DNA of 64,000 nt from Balanoglossus misakiensis (lineage: Eukaryota; Animalia; Hemichordata), in the NCBI GenBank assembly GCA_040954595.2, contig CM082586.2, positions 867,630 to 931,629 on the forward strand. Direction: 5' to 3'. Shown piece after piece: positions 22,240 through 36,900 of the stretch. The position numbers and the translations under genes were made by a program. Every line of letters starts with the position of its first letter. Position 1 is the first letter of the stretch. Below the pieces are notes generated by a model. It was not told the DNA's origin and made no database searches. It saw only the letters and a list, made by a program, of their open reading frames with translations.

Positions 22240-25200
22240 ATGGAAATGGCCTCGAAGACTTCACAAACAGGTTTGTGTGTAGAACTCTTAACAGATCGAG
22301 TGGCCGGGCTTTCTGTTACTGAAATATCTGGGCGAAAATCAAATTGTAGTCTTATGTTGCTTCATTCTCAAATTTAGTTAATTTTTTTGTCGCGCCCCAA
22401 AAAACACAAACTGCCCTAGGCTGTCTCAGGTCTTTTCTAAATCAGCCCACGGAGGTATAAATTAACGGTTCACATGATTTGACCTAGTTATTCGAACCAT
22501 GGTGGTAAGATTGGACTCCGCTCTCATTTCCGTCATTATCAACAAACAATCCTCACAACAGGCCTGTATATATTCATTGCAATCCACAGTCTTCGTCTAC
22601 GCGAAGCTTCAGTCATTCATCCCGGCCGCTACAGAAGTCATTAAACTACTGAAGGAAGTATTGAAAGATGACGGCGTTGAAGTCAAGTCATACAACGAGT
22701 ACAATAAAGACGTTGATAAGAAGAACGCAACGATTGTCGTGGTCATTGACTCACGCCAGACCAGGACACTGATCACCCCGGACAGAGGGGACAAAACTGT
22801 AGACCATGTCAGTGAGCTAGCTAAGTTAGAATTGGAAACGTCCCCACAAGGTAAGTAGCAATTCAACACTCTAGCCACACAGTTATTTTATTGTACTCAA
22901 CAAATGCAAATCTAGCAAATAAAATGTTTTATGACATTACCAACAAGCTAGAAGTAAACAGATATATGGTTTTGCTTTAGAAGAACCAGAGTCATCGCTT
23001 AGGATTATCTCAGTCTAAACGTAGGGCCCACTTTAAAGTGAAAATGAAACAGAAAGGGTTATTCAATAGAGGTAGGCAATTGTGCGAGAACCAAACATAC
23101 ACCCGTCAAATATGTGTTACATATATATCACCAACGTTTTGTTGAAAAACAAACAAATATTATTTCAAATATTCTGCTAATTACGTCGTTGTTGCCAGAA
23201 AAACACAGCTTATAATAATATCTTCTATCGGTGATATGCAAATTAGAAATAATATAGTCCCAGTTGAAGCTGTTAAATAAAAGGGGTTGCTATATTTCAA
23301 ATTGTTGCCATGACGAACAGTATAAAATAAAACCTGCATTTATACATCAAATTAAGAAGCAGCTTTCACCTTCCTGTATCTGTGTGGTACGTTCTAAACT
23401 AATTACGTGCTCATTACACTATATCGGTAATTCATATACATATGCAAATATGACAATAGGGACTACTTTCTGCTTGTAAACATTGAACGCCAAGAACGCT
23501 GGAGCTAAGCATTACGATACGCGGAACGTGGTTATTTTTGAACATTTTGGCATGTTGATTGATTAACCTTCTCAACTATGTTAGAAGAACAAAACATTTA
23601 GCTGTCAGTATTTTTGACAACTTCAAAATTTACGAACATTTCTCGCTATCCCCACATGTTCTCGAATATTGCCGATGCGATCTCGCGACCTCCGATTCTT
23701 ACCACTGATGACCTGACCCAGCATGACCTTATTTTGCATAACAAACTTGGCCAATGAACGAACGTCTCTGGTTTCATCATCACTGCCGCGTCACTATAGT
23801 TTATATCAGTACGCCATGATCGAAACTTCAATTTTCGTCCGTCAAATCAGAGGGAATTATGCCGAACGCATCGCATCACTATTCGATATCCTTATTATTA
23901 AACTATCAAGTTATGTTTCAATATTGCAGGCTCCATATTGATATTGATATACGGAGACGAAAAATCTCGAAACCTAAGAGAGGGAGAACATATTGGTGAA
24001 CACTGGCTTCAAACCTGGCAATTCAATGACACCAACGCCCGCGGTCTTGCAGATGGTGGAAAGATTTTCAGTTTGTACACAACGTTCACTGAGACTCAGA
24101 AAGACAAACTCCATCAGTACTTCCGGTACATCCCTCTGACGCCTGATGTCCGGGCAAACACAAGCACCATCGTTATCGGCGAGAAGTGCAAACAGCAAGT
24201 ATCCCGCTTGTTCAGCGATCATCCAATGTACAGAAAATTGGCCACAGACGAGACTGGGACTGAAACAGAATATTATGGTTACTACCATTTCAAAACCACG
24301 AAAGGAAAAGAGCCGAGATTTCGCATAGACTGCAATTCGTCTATACGTGAAGTTAAAGTATGTGAAAGCTCTGACGTCGCTAAGGCATTGGAGAGCCAGT
24401 TTATGGAACTAAACGCAACGAAATATGGAGCTGCAAACGCTGGGCCAGAGCTCTTAAAAAGACAGCCTGATGTCTACGACAACGCTCTGCTGTCCTGCCA
24501 CTGTGGTAAATGCTACAAGATGATAATGGACAAACAACAAGTGGCTACTACGGAATTAAGTAAGTTTACGTTTAAATTCTTTGAGTGTGAAGTTATGCTT
24601 CGCGTTTTCTATGGTGACAGTAGTCCTGTATCAAAAGTAAAAAAGTCATTTCAGCAATGTAGATGTATTCGAGCACGCCAAAAATCATGTCCAAAAATTT
24701 GAAATATTGTTATGTATTGCGTCATTGTCAGAATGTTTTCTTTGCAGAAAAGGCTGGTATTGGCCTCAATAATGATGTCGTCCCCATTGTGAGTGAAGAT
24801 ATGGCTGATGAAGTTGCAGAACCCGCCAGAAAGTACGTCAATGATGTGAGAAGCAAGACCAATGAAAAATCCATTGAGAGTTTGGATATGAGTGGCAAGT
24901 CTTTGTTGGCGGCGTCCATACTTACCGCCTGCCAGTCGGCTAAACAGAAATCCTTTTGGGAAAAGTATAGGAAGTACATCTTGATAGCCTGCGTTATAAT
25001 TTTGTTTGTTGTCGTATTTCTGGCAATAATGTTTAATCTCGTAATTTCGCCGACATCAACAGACACGACCATGAACATGACCACACAAGAATATGTAACA
25101 AACACGACCATGAACATGACAACACCAGAATATGCCACTTTAAACACAACAACCAAGAGTGCAACAACAGTGAATGCCACGACTGGTACCACCAACCACA

Positions 25201-25253
25201 CTGACGATAACACAGGACAGACACCGACAAGTTCCACACACCAAACAACTTAG
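22240..25253 (+). CDS. Family paralogue P5 (~475 aa) with TM and Thr-rich stalk carrying N-glycosylation sequons
   Basis: Exons 22240-22270, 22590-22850, 23930-24559 and 24748-25253, phase 1. Motifs VVVIDSRQTRTLITPDRGDKTVDHVSEL and CHCGKCY. TM YILIACVIILFVVVFLAIMF. Sequons NMT, NTT, NAT and NHT follow. Confidence 0.87.
23430..23860. mobile_element. Interspersed repeat fragment in a P5 intron
   Basis: Homologous by eye to 5150-5560. It partly accounts for this unusually long intron. Confidence 0.55.
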
Positions 25254-26779
25254 ACATTCACCATCTAAATACATGTGCATGATAGAGCACTTCTCCACTG
25301 TGAATTACACAATCTAAAAACGACATTATATTCCAAACTATCACAACCACAATTTAGATGTAAACTTTGTTTCTTTTCATAATGACATGAAAAGAAAGTA
25401 TAACAGCTATACAATCACCATTATTCTAGATATGCCCATATATTATTTAAAGGTGTTTCTAAGTTTTCGAATTATCGTATGGTGTCTCAGCTTTTTTGTT
25501 GTATTCACTCCTCGAAAATCTGTCTTAGGCTATATTTTAATTTTCCAGTTTGTATTTTAGTTATTATGTTTCAAACACAATCGTGACACAACAGATTTCA
25601 ACTTTTTTCTAAACATATAGTAAACAGAATGGCAATATTATGACAACATTCTAATGCAATGATTTAGTTGACTTGAACAATTTAGAACAGCCTAATGATG
25701 TGGTTATAAATGACACATACAATTAGATTATTCCTTCTGCTTTGTAGGCCTATCATGCGATAATAAATCTTGTGCGTTATTAAAACTCTTGTTTGTGAAC
25801 GATTTGGCTTGTCTTTGTCTTATTTTATGACATTGCGGAATTAAGGGCTAAAATTCAAAAAAATATAATTATCTTCAACCAAACATGGCGGGGGGGGGGG
25901 GCAGTATTGTGGCGACACTAACACAATGATACCAACCAAAACACCTTTGACAGCAGGTCTTGTTAATTTATATATGATCAATGCAATTGGGGCATTTCCG
26001 GGATGGAATGGTTAGTTTACTGAATTGGCTTAGAATTCGGTCCAGAGACAGAGAAATACACTTTGACATATGTCATTTGCAACAACAGACATAGAGGTCT
26101 CACAAACAACTTCCAACGCTGTGACATATTTTGCTGGTTTTAGGGTTGACGTCATACTAGCCTGAGATGGCAGGCATTGATGTATGCTACGTGGAAGTAT
26201 GTCGAGTAGAACGAACTTTTCGTGACCTACAATAAAACCGGACTGAGCTGCACAGAAGGATTATAATCATGTGCGATTAATGCCCAACATTGAATTGTGG
26301 GTAATTCTGAGAATTGTTGCTGTATGTCGCCAGATAGTTGTACATACTTGAACACTACTTTGCGCATGCCTGGCTGAAGACTGCAGGACAGTAAATTGGG
26401 TCTGGTAACACCGAACAGCTTCACTCACAATGGAACACGGTGAGTAGCAATAATCAGAGCAGTTTACAATTGTAAAAGGAAAATTCAACATGGACGCCAC
26501 CCGGAAGTACGTACACGGGTACTGTTAATGCTCCGCTTACTTTGCCTTGTTTCATCATGGCGGTAGTTTAACTAGAAACCATTTGTATTATATATAGGAC
26601 ATTGCAATGTGTGCAATTTAGTGACAGCAAGGCTGTCTTCATCGTCTGCAGTGCAAAATTTTAACCAGGTGTCTGCCAGCAATCATGCAAAATATTCCAA
26701 AACTCAATTCACGCACCAGGTTATTAATTCCGATTAGTCTGCTCTGTCGACAAATGTCTAGAAATAGTGGATTCACATA

Positions 26780-26796
26780 AAACCGAAAGTGAAAGT
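26780..26796. promoter_or_regulatory. ISRE element upstream of the P6 coding exon
   Basis: AAACCGAAAGTGAAAGT, a close match to the IRF-E/ISRE consensus. Confidence 0.65.
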
Positions 26797-26870
26797 TTCA
26801 ATACATGAAAATTCATTGCAAATAATTAAATATCACCTAAATATTTTCATTGTCTGTTGTTTTACAAGGA

Positions 26871-28624
26871 ATGTCAACATTGTCACGAAGCGGCGGTCAG
26901 GTTTTGCGAGTGTACTCCAAACTGGAGTCCTTTATTTCCGGAAGAAATAAAGTCATCGACATACTTCGCCGATCTGTACTCGAACAAGAAAACATAGAAG
27001 TTAGCAGCGTTGAAGTTCTTGGTAGGCACCATGCGTACTTGGATTCACCTGTGATTGGAGAAACTGCCATGGTCGTAATTGACGTCAGACAGACAAGAAC
27101 TCTCCTAACACCAGAAAGAAGAGATTCCAATGTTGACCACTGGGATGAGCTGGACCAGCTGCAATCTATGACAAACCCGCCAGGTATATATGGCAGCATT
27201 TCTTTGCAGATATTTATTTTGTTGCCAACTTCAAGAAACGATTCAGAAATGATCAAAGTATGCAGTTTCCATTCACTAAGTCACTACCACATTGTTGAAT
27301 TCGCACTTCTTCTTGCAGGGTCGATATTGATTGTCTTGTATGGTGATGCTAAGTCCCGACACCTCGAAGAGGATCAGGTGCTGGCCAAAGAGTGGTCCAA
27401 CATCTGGACGTTCAATGACCAAACAGCCTTTGACCTTGCACAGAAAGGCGTGTGCTTCAGCCTGTGCGAAGAGTTCAACATGAAACAGCAGAAAGCGATT
27501 CGTCAATACTTGAAGGAAGTTGTCCTGCTTCCGGTTCCGGTCGGAGAAATCAACATCCTGGTTCTCGGTGACAATGGGACCAACAAAGAAATAGTCTACA
27601 AATGCATGGATGGTCATCCGCTGTTGAGAAATTCGCCTGTTGAGAATATTGAGGCCTTCACGACCAAATTGTACTCACCATTCAGTTTCAAACACGGCAG
27701 CGGCGTGAATTCTCCAAACAAAATCCATATTTTCACCGAGAGAAGGATGCTGCCCATCAGAGTTTGCAACAGCGCCACCGGCGAATTAAAAGATACCATT
27801 GAACGCGAACTCTCTTCACACAATCTGTCAGGACATGGAGTTGGCGCCATCTCAACACCATCTCGTCAGATGTTTGGTCCTTCTGCTGTCTTTGACAGAC
27901 TGATATTGGTGTGCCACTGCGACAAATGCTTCCACAAAATCTATGAAGAGAGCAAATGGATAACGACTTATGCTCGGGCAGAACTTGGTAAGGGTTTCAT
28001 CTCTTAAAATATTTGACATGTATGGGTAAAGCAAACACAACATAAATGATGTTTCCATTATAAAAACTGTAATCACATCATGGTTTGCAAAAGTATTATT
28101 GAACACGCTGTAGTTTTTGTTGTGTGTACCAAATACATACTCGGTTTCTTACTACATATCTACCTATTTCTTTTTTAATAGATAAGCTACACGTTACTCT
28201 CAAGGGAGACGTTTTACCCGTCGTTGGTGACTATTATGCCGAGTTGGTTCATGGCGAGACTCTGGAAAATGTGACAGAAGTATTTGATGATAGATTTGCC
28301 GAAGAGAAAAGAAGGAGATTGAGTAGTTTAGATTCCAAGTCGGTACTGAAAATCTACACTTGGCACGCATGTAGTACCGCGACCCAGATGGACGGTATAC
28401 CTCCCCCACCCACAAGCTGCTGCCAAAGAATCTGGCCATGTATCAATCGCAATAGAAAAATGAAATTCTTGATAGCAGCAGTAATCTTCGTCATATTGCT
28501 GATAATCATAATCATCTTGAGCACAAAGAATAACAGCCATGGTAATGATCATATCAATAAAACGTCGACTATGGTCAATTCGACGTATGTTGAACTTAGA
28601 GATTTGTTTAGAAAACTCAAGTAG
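26871..28624 (+). CDS. Family paralogue P6 (~474 aa) with TM and short tail
   Basis: Exons 26871-27183, 27319-27987 and 28182-28624. Motifs VVIDVRQTRTLLTPERRDSNVDHWDEL, NILVLGDNGTNKE and CHCDKCF. TM FLIAAVIFVILLIIIIIL. Sequons NNS, NKT and NST. Confidence 0.87.
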
Positions 28625-29058
28625 GGAAAGTCGTGAGGCTTTTCTGTAATTCTAAGGAAATTGAATTATTTTGTTGGGTTTGAATTAATGTACGAAAGTC
28701 TGCCATTCAATTTACCGTGAATTTCCCCATCAGAGTTTAAAAAGCAGTGGGGCACGTTATAAAAATGCATTGTGGGTAAAAAGGTAGAAAAAACTCACTG
28801 AAGTAAGAGATTGAAGAAGTATGTTACCAGTATTTCATGACTCCTCGTCTGAAGGTCTTTGTATAGTTAACGTCAGAAAACCAACAATTTTGGGAGTTTC
28901 AAACCGTCGTTCCCTCTTTATATCTGCATTCAAGCAAACAGTTTTATCTGTACTGTACTCAAATAATATAATATTACGTGACAGTCAAAGAGAATAATAA
29001 AAACCCTAGTTATTATCATTGAAAATGTGATATCACAACATTATTGTCGATTTTCCTC

Positions 29059-29117
<59 letters not shown>

Positions 29118-29434
29118 TTGACTGACTGACTGACTGACTGACTGACTGAGTCAGTCAGTCACTCACCCACTCATTTATTTACTAACTTTCTTATACTTGG
29201 GAATTTAAATAAAGTAATTTCGCTTCTTCAACTCACGCGAAAATCTGAGACGGTCCCTCAACATGACCCCATTAATTTTCTCTCCTGTCAATTTGAGGTC
29301 ACCAGGAAGCACGACGCAGCACCACCACAGTCACATGACAGGCCACAAGCAGCGTCGGGTTTATACGTGTATCAATCCGCCACCCGGTACCAGAATCACG
29401 ATATCGCCATCCCACCATTCGCGACACAGTAAAG

Positions 29435-32400
29435 ATGGCAACGGGGCAGGTTCTCGGGCAAGGTATGTTTGTGTCAAATCGTCCCTCTGTCTACTCCATT
29501 TCTAATTTGCTTTCCGCCACAACTGAACTTCCGGTAGTTCCGGTATGGCTACATGAAATACCCATACTGTTGTTTACTGTACTCGTAGTTCGTATTAGGC
29601 AGAACTATTTGCCAGACTAACCACGTTATGTATAGTGTTTAATTTCCAGTGTTCATAATAACATTATTGTGGCATTAATGACAATAGATCTAAATCACAA
29701 AACCTGGTATCGTGAATATTCACAGTGGAGGTAACTTGACTATATAATTACCATGCTAATCATACTATATTGAAATGTTGAGTTATTTTCACTTTCGCTT
29801 TTGAGACAGTAGGTGCACGTTAAATTCGCTTAGCTAGCTTTCGTGATTCTCATGAAGCAATTTAAGTCACGTCACAAGTCCAATCAACGAACGAATATTA
29901 AAGTTCTGATATATTTGAAGCTGGAGCACATGATTTCCTGTTTGATTCACGTACCTATAAGGCTTGCTGGTTTTGAATATTTAATTTGTTATTCATCGTG
30001 TTGTCCTTTAGGTTGGAGACAGAAAGTTTACGTGTATACCAAGTTACACAGCTTCAAAAAGGCGGCTGAGGAGGTCAAAGTTCTTCTGAAAAAAGTGTGC
30101 AAAGACATGAATGAAATTGACGTCGAGGATTATCCTCCCGGGGACTACCAGCTGCAGCCTGGACAGTTCCTAGCGGTAACTGTAGTGGTGGTTATCGATG
30201 CTAGACAAACGAGGGCAGTAATCACACCGGATAGAAGAGACGACAATGTGGACCATTGGAACGAATTAGACATGCTGTCTACCAAACAAACAGCCCCACA
30301 AGGTAATAGAACAATGCTATAAAGGCCTATCCTTGTTACTGTCATGTCATTTCAAAGGTCAAGTCAACAGAGCAAAGATAAGACAAATAATCATGTAATT
30401 GGTTGCCTTATAATCACGGAAGGTTTTAATAATTCCAACATTTAAACTAGCCAGGATATCATGCAAAGAACGTTGTAAGTGAGATTGAAGTGCATGTATA
30501 CTATAATGAAATGTACTTTTAACTATCCGGAAATGCCACAATAAGCGACGTTTTGGCAACATGAACACCGTAGTATTGATTTGTGGTTATTTCACCAAGT
30601 TCTGTTTACTTTCGGCAGGTTCCATTTTGATTGTGATATACGGAGATGAGAGCTCTAAAGGTGGAACTGACTTGGTATCTCAGAAATGGTACCAGGTGTG
30701 GAAGTTCAATGACCCCCTTGCTTATCAAGCTGCAGAGAGGGGAACCGTCTTTACGATTAATGAGGTTTTTAAAGTTGAACAGGAAGAAAAGATTCGAAAT
30801 TATCTGAACGACGCCCTCCTCCTACCACACGTTACAGGGGCAATGAATATCCTCTTTCTTGCACCTCAAATGGAGATCGAGAAAATTCCCGTCTTGAATT
30901 CCAATCCTTTTCTGATTCAGAACGAGAGTGAGGAATGCCGAAAGTGTGGCAGGAAGTTCTGGGGATTTTCCCACGTAAGAGATTCTTACAGCCAAAACAG
31001 AAAAACAGACCCTTTGAAATTGAAAGTATACCATTATGTTTGGCCCAAAATAAGTTCCGAGGATGGAACTCCTCAACTTGGTTTGGGAAAACTCTTTCCT
31101 GCATCCGGCAAAGCCAGCTGTGACTGTGGTCCACTAGACAAGTTTGATCGACTGATCTTCACATGTGAGACTGAAGACAGTTTCAAGAAATCGTGCAGAA
31201 TTAACCCGCCCTCGGAAATAGGAGATGCACTCAGAGTTGAATTAGGTAAGAACAACCTAGTGCCAGTAATACCCCCTTGCAGTGAGCCCTGACACATTGT
31301 GAAACAAGATACTAAAATCACTCATAGTCACCGATATATATATGCTCTGTATTAACGTGTGTACTATATAATTTCGAGTTCTGGTAATGTAAAAGAGGCC
31401 AATGCTACTCCCAGAACGCTGAGATGATACAGGTCAATCTTTTTGACTGCATTCTCCCTTTATTTGGAGATCTGGTGCAGAAGGTGTATTGGTCCAATCA
31501 TCCCATTGCCCATGCATGTGTAAACATTTAAGGTACAAATGTGCAAACTCACTATTTTCTATCATTGCATGAAGTACAAATCTCTTTCGGTATTTGATTT
31601 CTGATAGAAAATCTTGGTGTGCTTCTACGTGGCGAAGCTCTGCCTCTGGTCGCAAGTGACATGCAACAAAGCGATGAAGCTATGCTTGGCGTTATCCGGT
31701 CACTTAAACAACGAACACAAGAAAATGGTGTCCTTGAAGAAAATCAATTCACAACTGGTCCTGAGGAAGATACAGTGCATATACTGGGCAAGAAAATTGA
31801 TCGTTCTACACTCATTAGGCTCTATGTGAGTCACATCATCCAGATTCCAACACTGCTAGGTACGAAATCTGTGAAAATATGAGTTTCTTGTCTTCAGAGT
31901 AAAACTTTCATACGTTGGTATTGTTTCAGCGAAGTAATGATTTTCCGAGGCCAATATAACGAGAAAACTAAGCCATTTATTTAAAAACTGAAGCACTATT
32001 TACTTCTGCACTATTCGTTGTAGTTACTCGCTTTTGAAGCTTGAGTTTTCATACTTAGTGTTCAACATGATTATATGCAAACAGTTCTGTGTTATTGTTC
32101 ATGTGTAGATCCAGTGTTGACTTTGAAAGGTGAAGATAAAAGAAAAGTGGAAAATCAAAATGCAGAGGTAAGAATGCTCTTGGACACAGAAAGTCGACAG
32201 TCATAACTCCTGATTTTGCAAAGCGACATTTGGACATCTTGCCAAAAGTGCAACGTGCACGTTTGCTTTCATGGGCATGTAATATGTTGTCAGTAAGCTT
32301 TTTTATATTAGTAATATTAAAGAAAGTTGAGGCCTTTTATGTTTCCATATTCAAAACATATTATGTACATTGAACTACACGTTTCAATTTTATTTTAATT

Positions 32401-33231
32401 GCTTTATCGCTGGATCAGCTGAAAAAAAGAATCACTTTATTAAGAAATCAGTTGAAAGTTGCAGAGGCGCTACAAAAGGACGTGCAGGAGAAGTTGGAAC
32501 CTCACGTGCCGTAAGTTCATAATGAAGTAAAAACAAAGAATCCAGCCTGAGTTAATTACCTTCAAACAATCTTGTGATCCTTATCTTTAAACTCAAAACA
32601 TCACAATAATCTAATGGGAACCGAAGCTTCATGAGACTCACTATTTCGCATTGATTTTATAATTTTTGTTATCAAAGTTGAGTTTCATCATTTTCTGTGT
32701 GATTTAGAGATATGTCTGCTTGTTGCATCTGCAACTTGGCTTTGAAATCACATCTATTTATGTTCAACTGTGAAAGTAGAACAGTACAAAGTTTATAGCT
32801 TTCATCATATTTGACATGTATATTTGGTAACCTTTAGTAGTGGTTCTAATATGCGGTTTGCTTTATTGATTGTTTAACTTAATAGGATATGGAAACAAGT
32901 GAAACAATTCTTTTTGCCAATGTCACAGTGATTTCTGTATTCGGATGGCTGATAACTGCCCAGCGATAACTGGTTAGTGGCACAAATTGGACATTTGACA
33001 CAGACTTGCAGTTAAACTCTGACCGACCTTTGTTATAGTTGGTAATGGGACAAACGGCGTTCTCTGGAGTAAATGCAATATTGACCATTTGCAACGCATA
33101 CGCACTCGTACAAGATGTAACACTGGGTCATACAGATGCCTACTGAAGTTTAGTTTTCATTTATTCTCTCTTTCAGGATGCAGAAGTCTTTTGCACAAAG
33201 ACAGAGACTACAACCGAGAAAGGATGTGTAA
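29435..33231 (+). CDS. Family paralogue P7 (~467 aa), no TM, C-terminal coiled coil
   Basis: Exons 29435-29462, 30012-30302, 30619-31245, 31608-31859, 32109-32167, 32419-32510 and 33177-33231. The last exon is ambiguous; an alternative starts at 32886. Motif VVVIDARQTRAVITPDRRDDNVDHWNEL. Heptad-like LKKRITLLRNQLKVAEALQKDVQEKL. Confidence 0.8.
29787..29802. promoter_or_regulatory. ISRE in P7 intron 1 (copy at 34324-34339 in P8)
   Basis: TTTTCACTTTCGCTTT, whose reverse complement is AAAGCGAAAGTGAAAA. Confidence 0.6.
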
Positions 33232-33630
33232 ATTCTCAAGGATGATGTTCATATAGTAGTAATGTCAATAACTCTAACAATCGTAGTATTCAGAGTGTCT
33301 TTCAGTGCAAAGTCGTATCGGAAACAATATCCTAAGGAAGTTTGATGTAGATTTTCTTCAGCGCTTATACATGTATAATATAGTAGTTTTTATTGGACCG
33401 AATGCCTAAGAAGACTTTCAGTTGTATCATGAAGTTTAAAGTTCTGGTTAATGTATTGAGATAAGCGAAAGTAGGTCAAAGTTCACCAGAGGTCACCCAA
33501 CATTTGGGCAAAATTTTATCTGTACTGTACTCAAATAATATAATATTACGTGACAGTCACAGAGAATAATAAAAACCCTAGTTATTATCATTGAAAATGT
33601 GATATCATAACATCATTGTCGATTTTCCTC

Positions 33631-33689
<59 letters not shown>

Positions 33690-33982
33690 TTGACTGACTC
33701 ACTCAGTCACTCACCCACTCATTTATTTACTAACTTTCTTATACTTGGGGATTTAAATGAAGTAATTTCGCTTCTTCAACTCTCGCGAAAATCTGAGACG
33801 GTCCCTCAATATGACCCCATTAATTTTCTCACTTGTCAATTTGGGGTTACCAGGAAGCACGACGCAGCACCACCTCAGTCACATGACAGGCCACGAGCAG
33901 CGTCGGGTTTATACGTGTATCAATCCGCCACCCGGTACCAGAATCACGATATCGCCATCCCACCATTCGCGACACAGTAAAG

Positions 33983-36900
33983 ATGGCAACGGGGCAAGTT
34001 CTCGGGCAAGGTATGTTTGTGTCAAATTGTCCCTCTGTCTACTCCATTTCTAATTTGCTTTCCGCCACAACTGAACTTCCGGTAATTCCGGTATGGCTAC
34101 ATGAAATACCCTTACTGTTGTTTACTGTACTCGTAGTTCGTAATTAGGTAAAACTATTTGCCAGACTAACCACGTTCTGTATAGTGTTTAATGTCCAGTG
34201 TTCATAAAACATTATTGTGGTATAGATCTAAATCACAAAACCTGGTATCGTGAATATTCACAGTGGAGGTAACTTGACTATATAATTACCATGCTAATCA
34301 TACTATATTGGAATGTTGAGTTATTTTCACTTTCGCTTTTGTGACAGTGGGTGCACATTGAATTCGCTTAGCTAGCAAACGTGATGAACCTGAAGCAACT
34401 TAAGTCACGTCACAAGTCCAATTAATGTACGAATATTAAAGTTGTCAGAACTTTCGACTTATGATACAAGCAACTTAAAATGGGGACAATGTGTATATGT
34501 TATAAAGGCACGGCAATTGCAAGAAAAGGCGTCTATAGGACGAATCACCTGGTTCTGATATATTTGAAGCTGGAGTACATAATTTCCTGTTCGATTCACG
34601 TACCTATAAGGCTTGCTGGTTTTGAATATTTAATTTGTTATTCATCGTGTTGCCCTTCAGGTCCGAGACAGAAAGTTTACGTGTTTACCAAGTTACACAG
34701 CTTCAAAAAGGCGGCTGAGGAGGTCAAAGTTCTTCTGAAAAAAGTGTGCAAAGACATGAATGAAATTGACGTCGAGGATTATCCTCCCGGGGACTACCAG
34801 CTGCAGCCTGGACAGTTCCTAGGGGTAACTGTAGTGGTGGTTATCGATGCCAGACAAACGAGGGCAGCAATTACACCGGAGCGAAGAGACGACAATGTGA
34901 ACCATTGGAGCAACTTAGACATGCTGTCTACCAAACGAACAGCCCCACAAGGTAATTGAACAATGCTATAAAGGCCTGTTCTTGTTACTGTCATGTCATT
35001 TCAAAGGTCAAGTCAACAGAGCAAAGATAAGACAAATAATCATGGAATTGGTTGCCTTATAATCACGGAAGTTTTATATAATTCCAACTAGTGAGCATTT
35101 TTAATAACAAGACAAACTAGCCAGGATATCATGTAAAGAACGTTGTAAGTGAGATTGAAGTGCATGTATACTATAATGAAATGTAATTTAATTTTTGCTA
35201 CCCGCAAATGCCACAATAAGCGACGTTTTGGCAACATGAACACTGTAGTACTGTTTTGTGGTTATTTCACCAAGTTCTGTTTACTTTCGGCAGGTTCCAT
35301 TTTGATTGTGATATACGGAGATGAGAGCTCTAAAGGTGGAACTGACTTGGTATCTCAGAAATGGTACCAGGTGTGGAAGTACAATGACCCCCTTGCTTAT
35401 CAAGCTGCAGAGAGGGGAACCGTCTTTACGATTAATAAGGTTTTTAAAGTTGAACAGGAAGAAAAGATTCGAAATTATCTGAACGACGCCCTCCTCCTAC
35501 CACACGTTACAGGGGCAATGAATATCCTCTTTCTTGCACCTCAAATGGAGATCGAGAAAATTCCCGTCTTGAATTCCAATCCTTTTCTGATTCAGAACGA
35601 GAGTGAGGAATGCCGAAAGTGTGGCAGGAAGTTCTGGGGATTTTCCCACGTAAGAGATTCTTACAGCCAAAACAGAAAAACAGACCCTTTGAAATTGAAA
35701 GTATACCATTATGATTGGCCCAGAATAAGTTCCGAGGATGCAACTCCTCAACTTGGTTTGGGAAAACTCTTTCCTGCATCCGGCAAAGCCAGCTGTGACT
35801 GTGGTCCACTAGACAAGTTTGATCGACTGATCTTCACATGTGAGACTGAAGACAGTTTCAAGAAATCGTGCAGAATTAACCCGCCCTCGGAAATAGGAGA
35901 TGCACTCAGAGTTGAATTAGGTAAGAACAACCTAGTGCCAGTAATACCCCCTTGCAGTGAGCCCTGACACATTGTGAAACAAGATACTAAAATCACTCAT
36001 AGTCACCGATATATATATATGCTCTGTATTAACGTGTGTACTATATAATTTCGAGTTCTGGTAATGTAAAAGAGGCCAATGCTACTCCCAGAACGCTGAG
36101 ATGATACAGGTCAATCTTTTTGACTGCGTTCTCCCTTTATCGGGAGATCTGGGGCAGAAGGTGTATTGGTCCAGTCATCCAATTACCCATGCATGTGTAA
36201 ACATTTAAGGTACAAATGTGCAAACTCACTATTTTCTATCATTGCATGAAGTAAAAATCTCTTTCGGTATTTGATTTCTGATAGAAAGCATTGGTGTGCT
36301 TCTGCGTGGTGAAGCTCTGCCTCTGGCCACTGGTGACATGAAAGAAAGCAATGACGCTATGCTTGGCGTTATCCGGTCACTTAAACAACGAACACAAGAA
36401 AATGGTGTCCTTGAAGAAGATCAATTCACAACTGGTCCTGAGGAAGATACAGTGCATATACTGGGCAAGAAAATTGATCGTTCTACACTCATTAGGCTCT
36501 ATGTGTATCACATCATCCAGATTCCAACACTGCTAGGTACGAAACCTGTGAAAATTTGAGTTTCTTTTCTTCAAAGTAAAACTTTCTTAAGTTGGTATGA
36601 TTTCTGCGAAGTAATGATTTTCCGAAGCCAATATCACGAGAAAACGTTTAAAGACTAGGTAATTTATTAAAAATTGAAGCACCATTTACTTCTGTATTAT
36701 TCGTTGTAGTTACTCGCTTTTGAAGATTGAGTTTTCATACTTAGTTATCAACATGATTATATGCAAACAGTTCTGAGTTATTGTTCATGTGTAGATCCAG
36801 AGTTGACTTTGAAAGGTGAAGATAAAAGAAAAGTGGAAAATCAAAATGCAGAGGTAAGCATGCTCTTGGATACAGAAAGTCGACAGTCATAACTCTTGAT

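Noticed and set aside
26850-28007. The 385-aa ORF as a single-exon gene
   Set aside because: It reads through an in-frame intron located where every paralogue has an intron.
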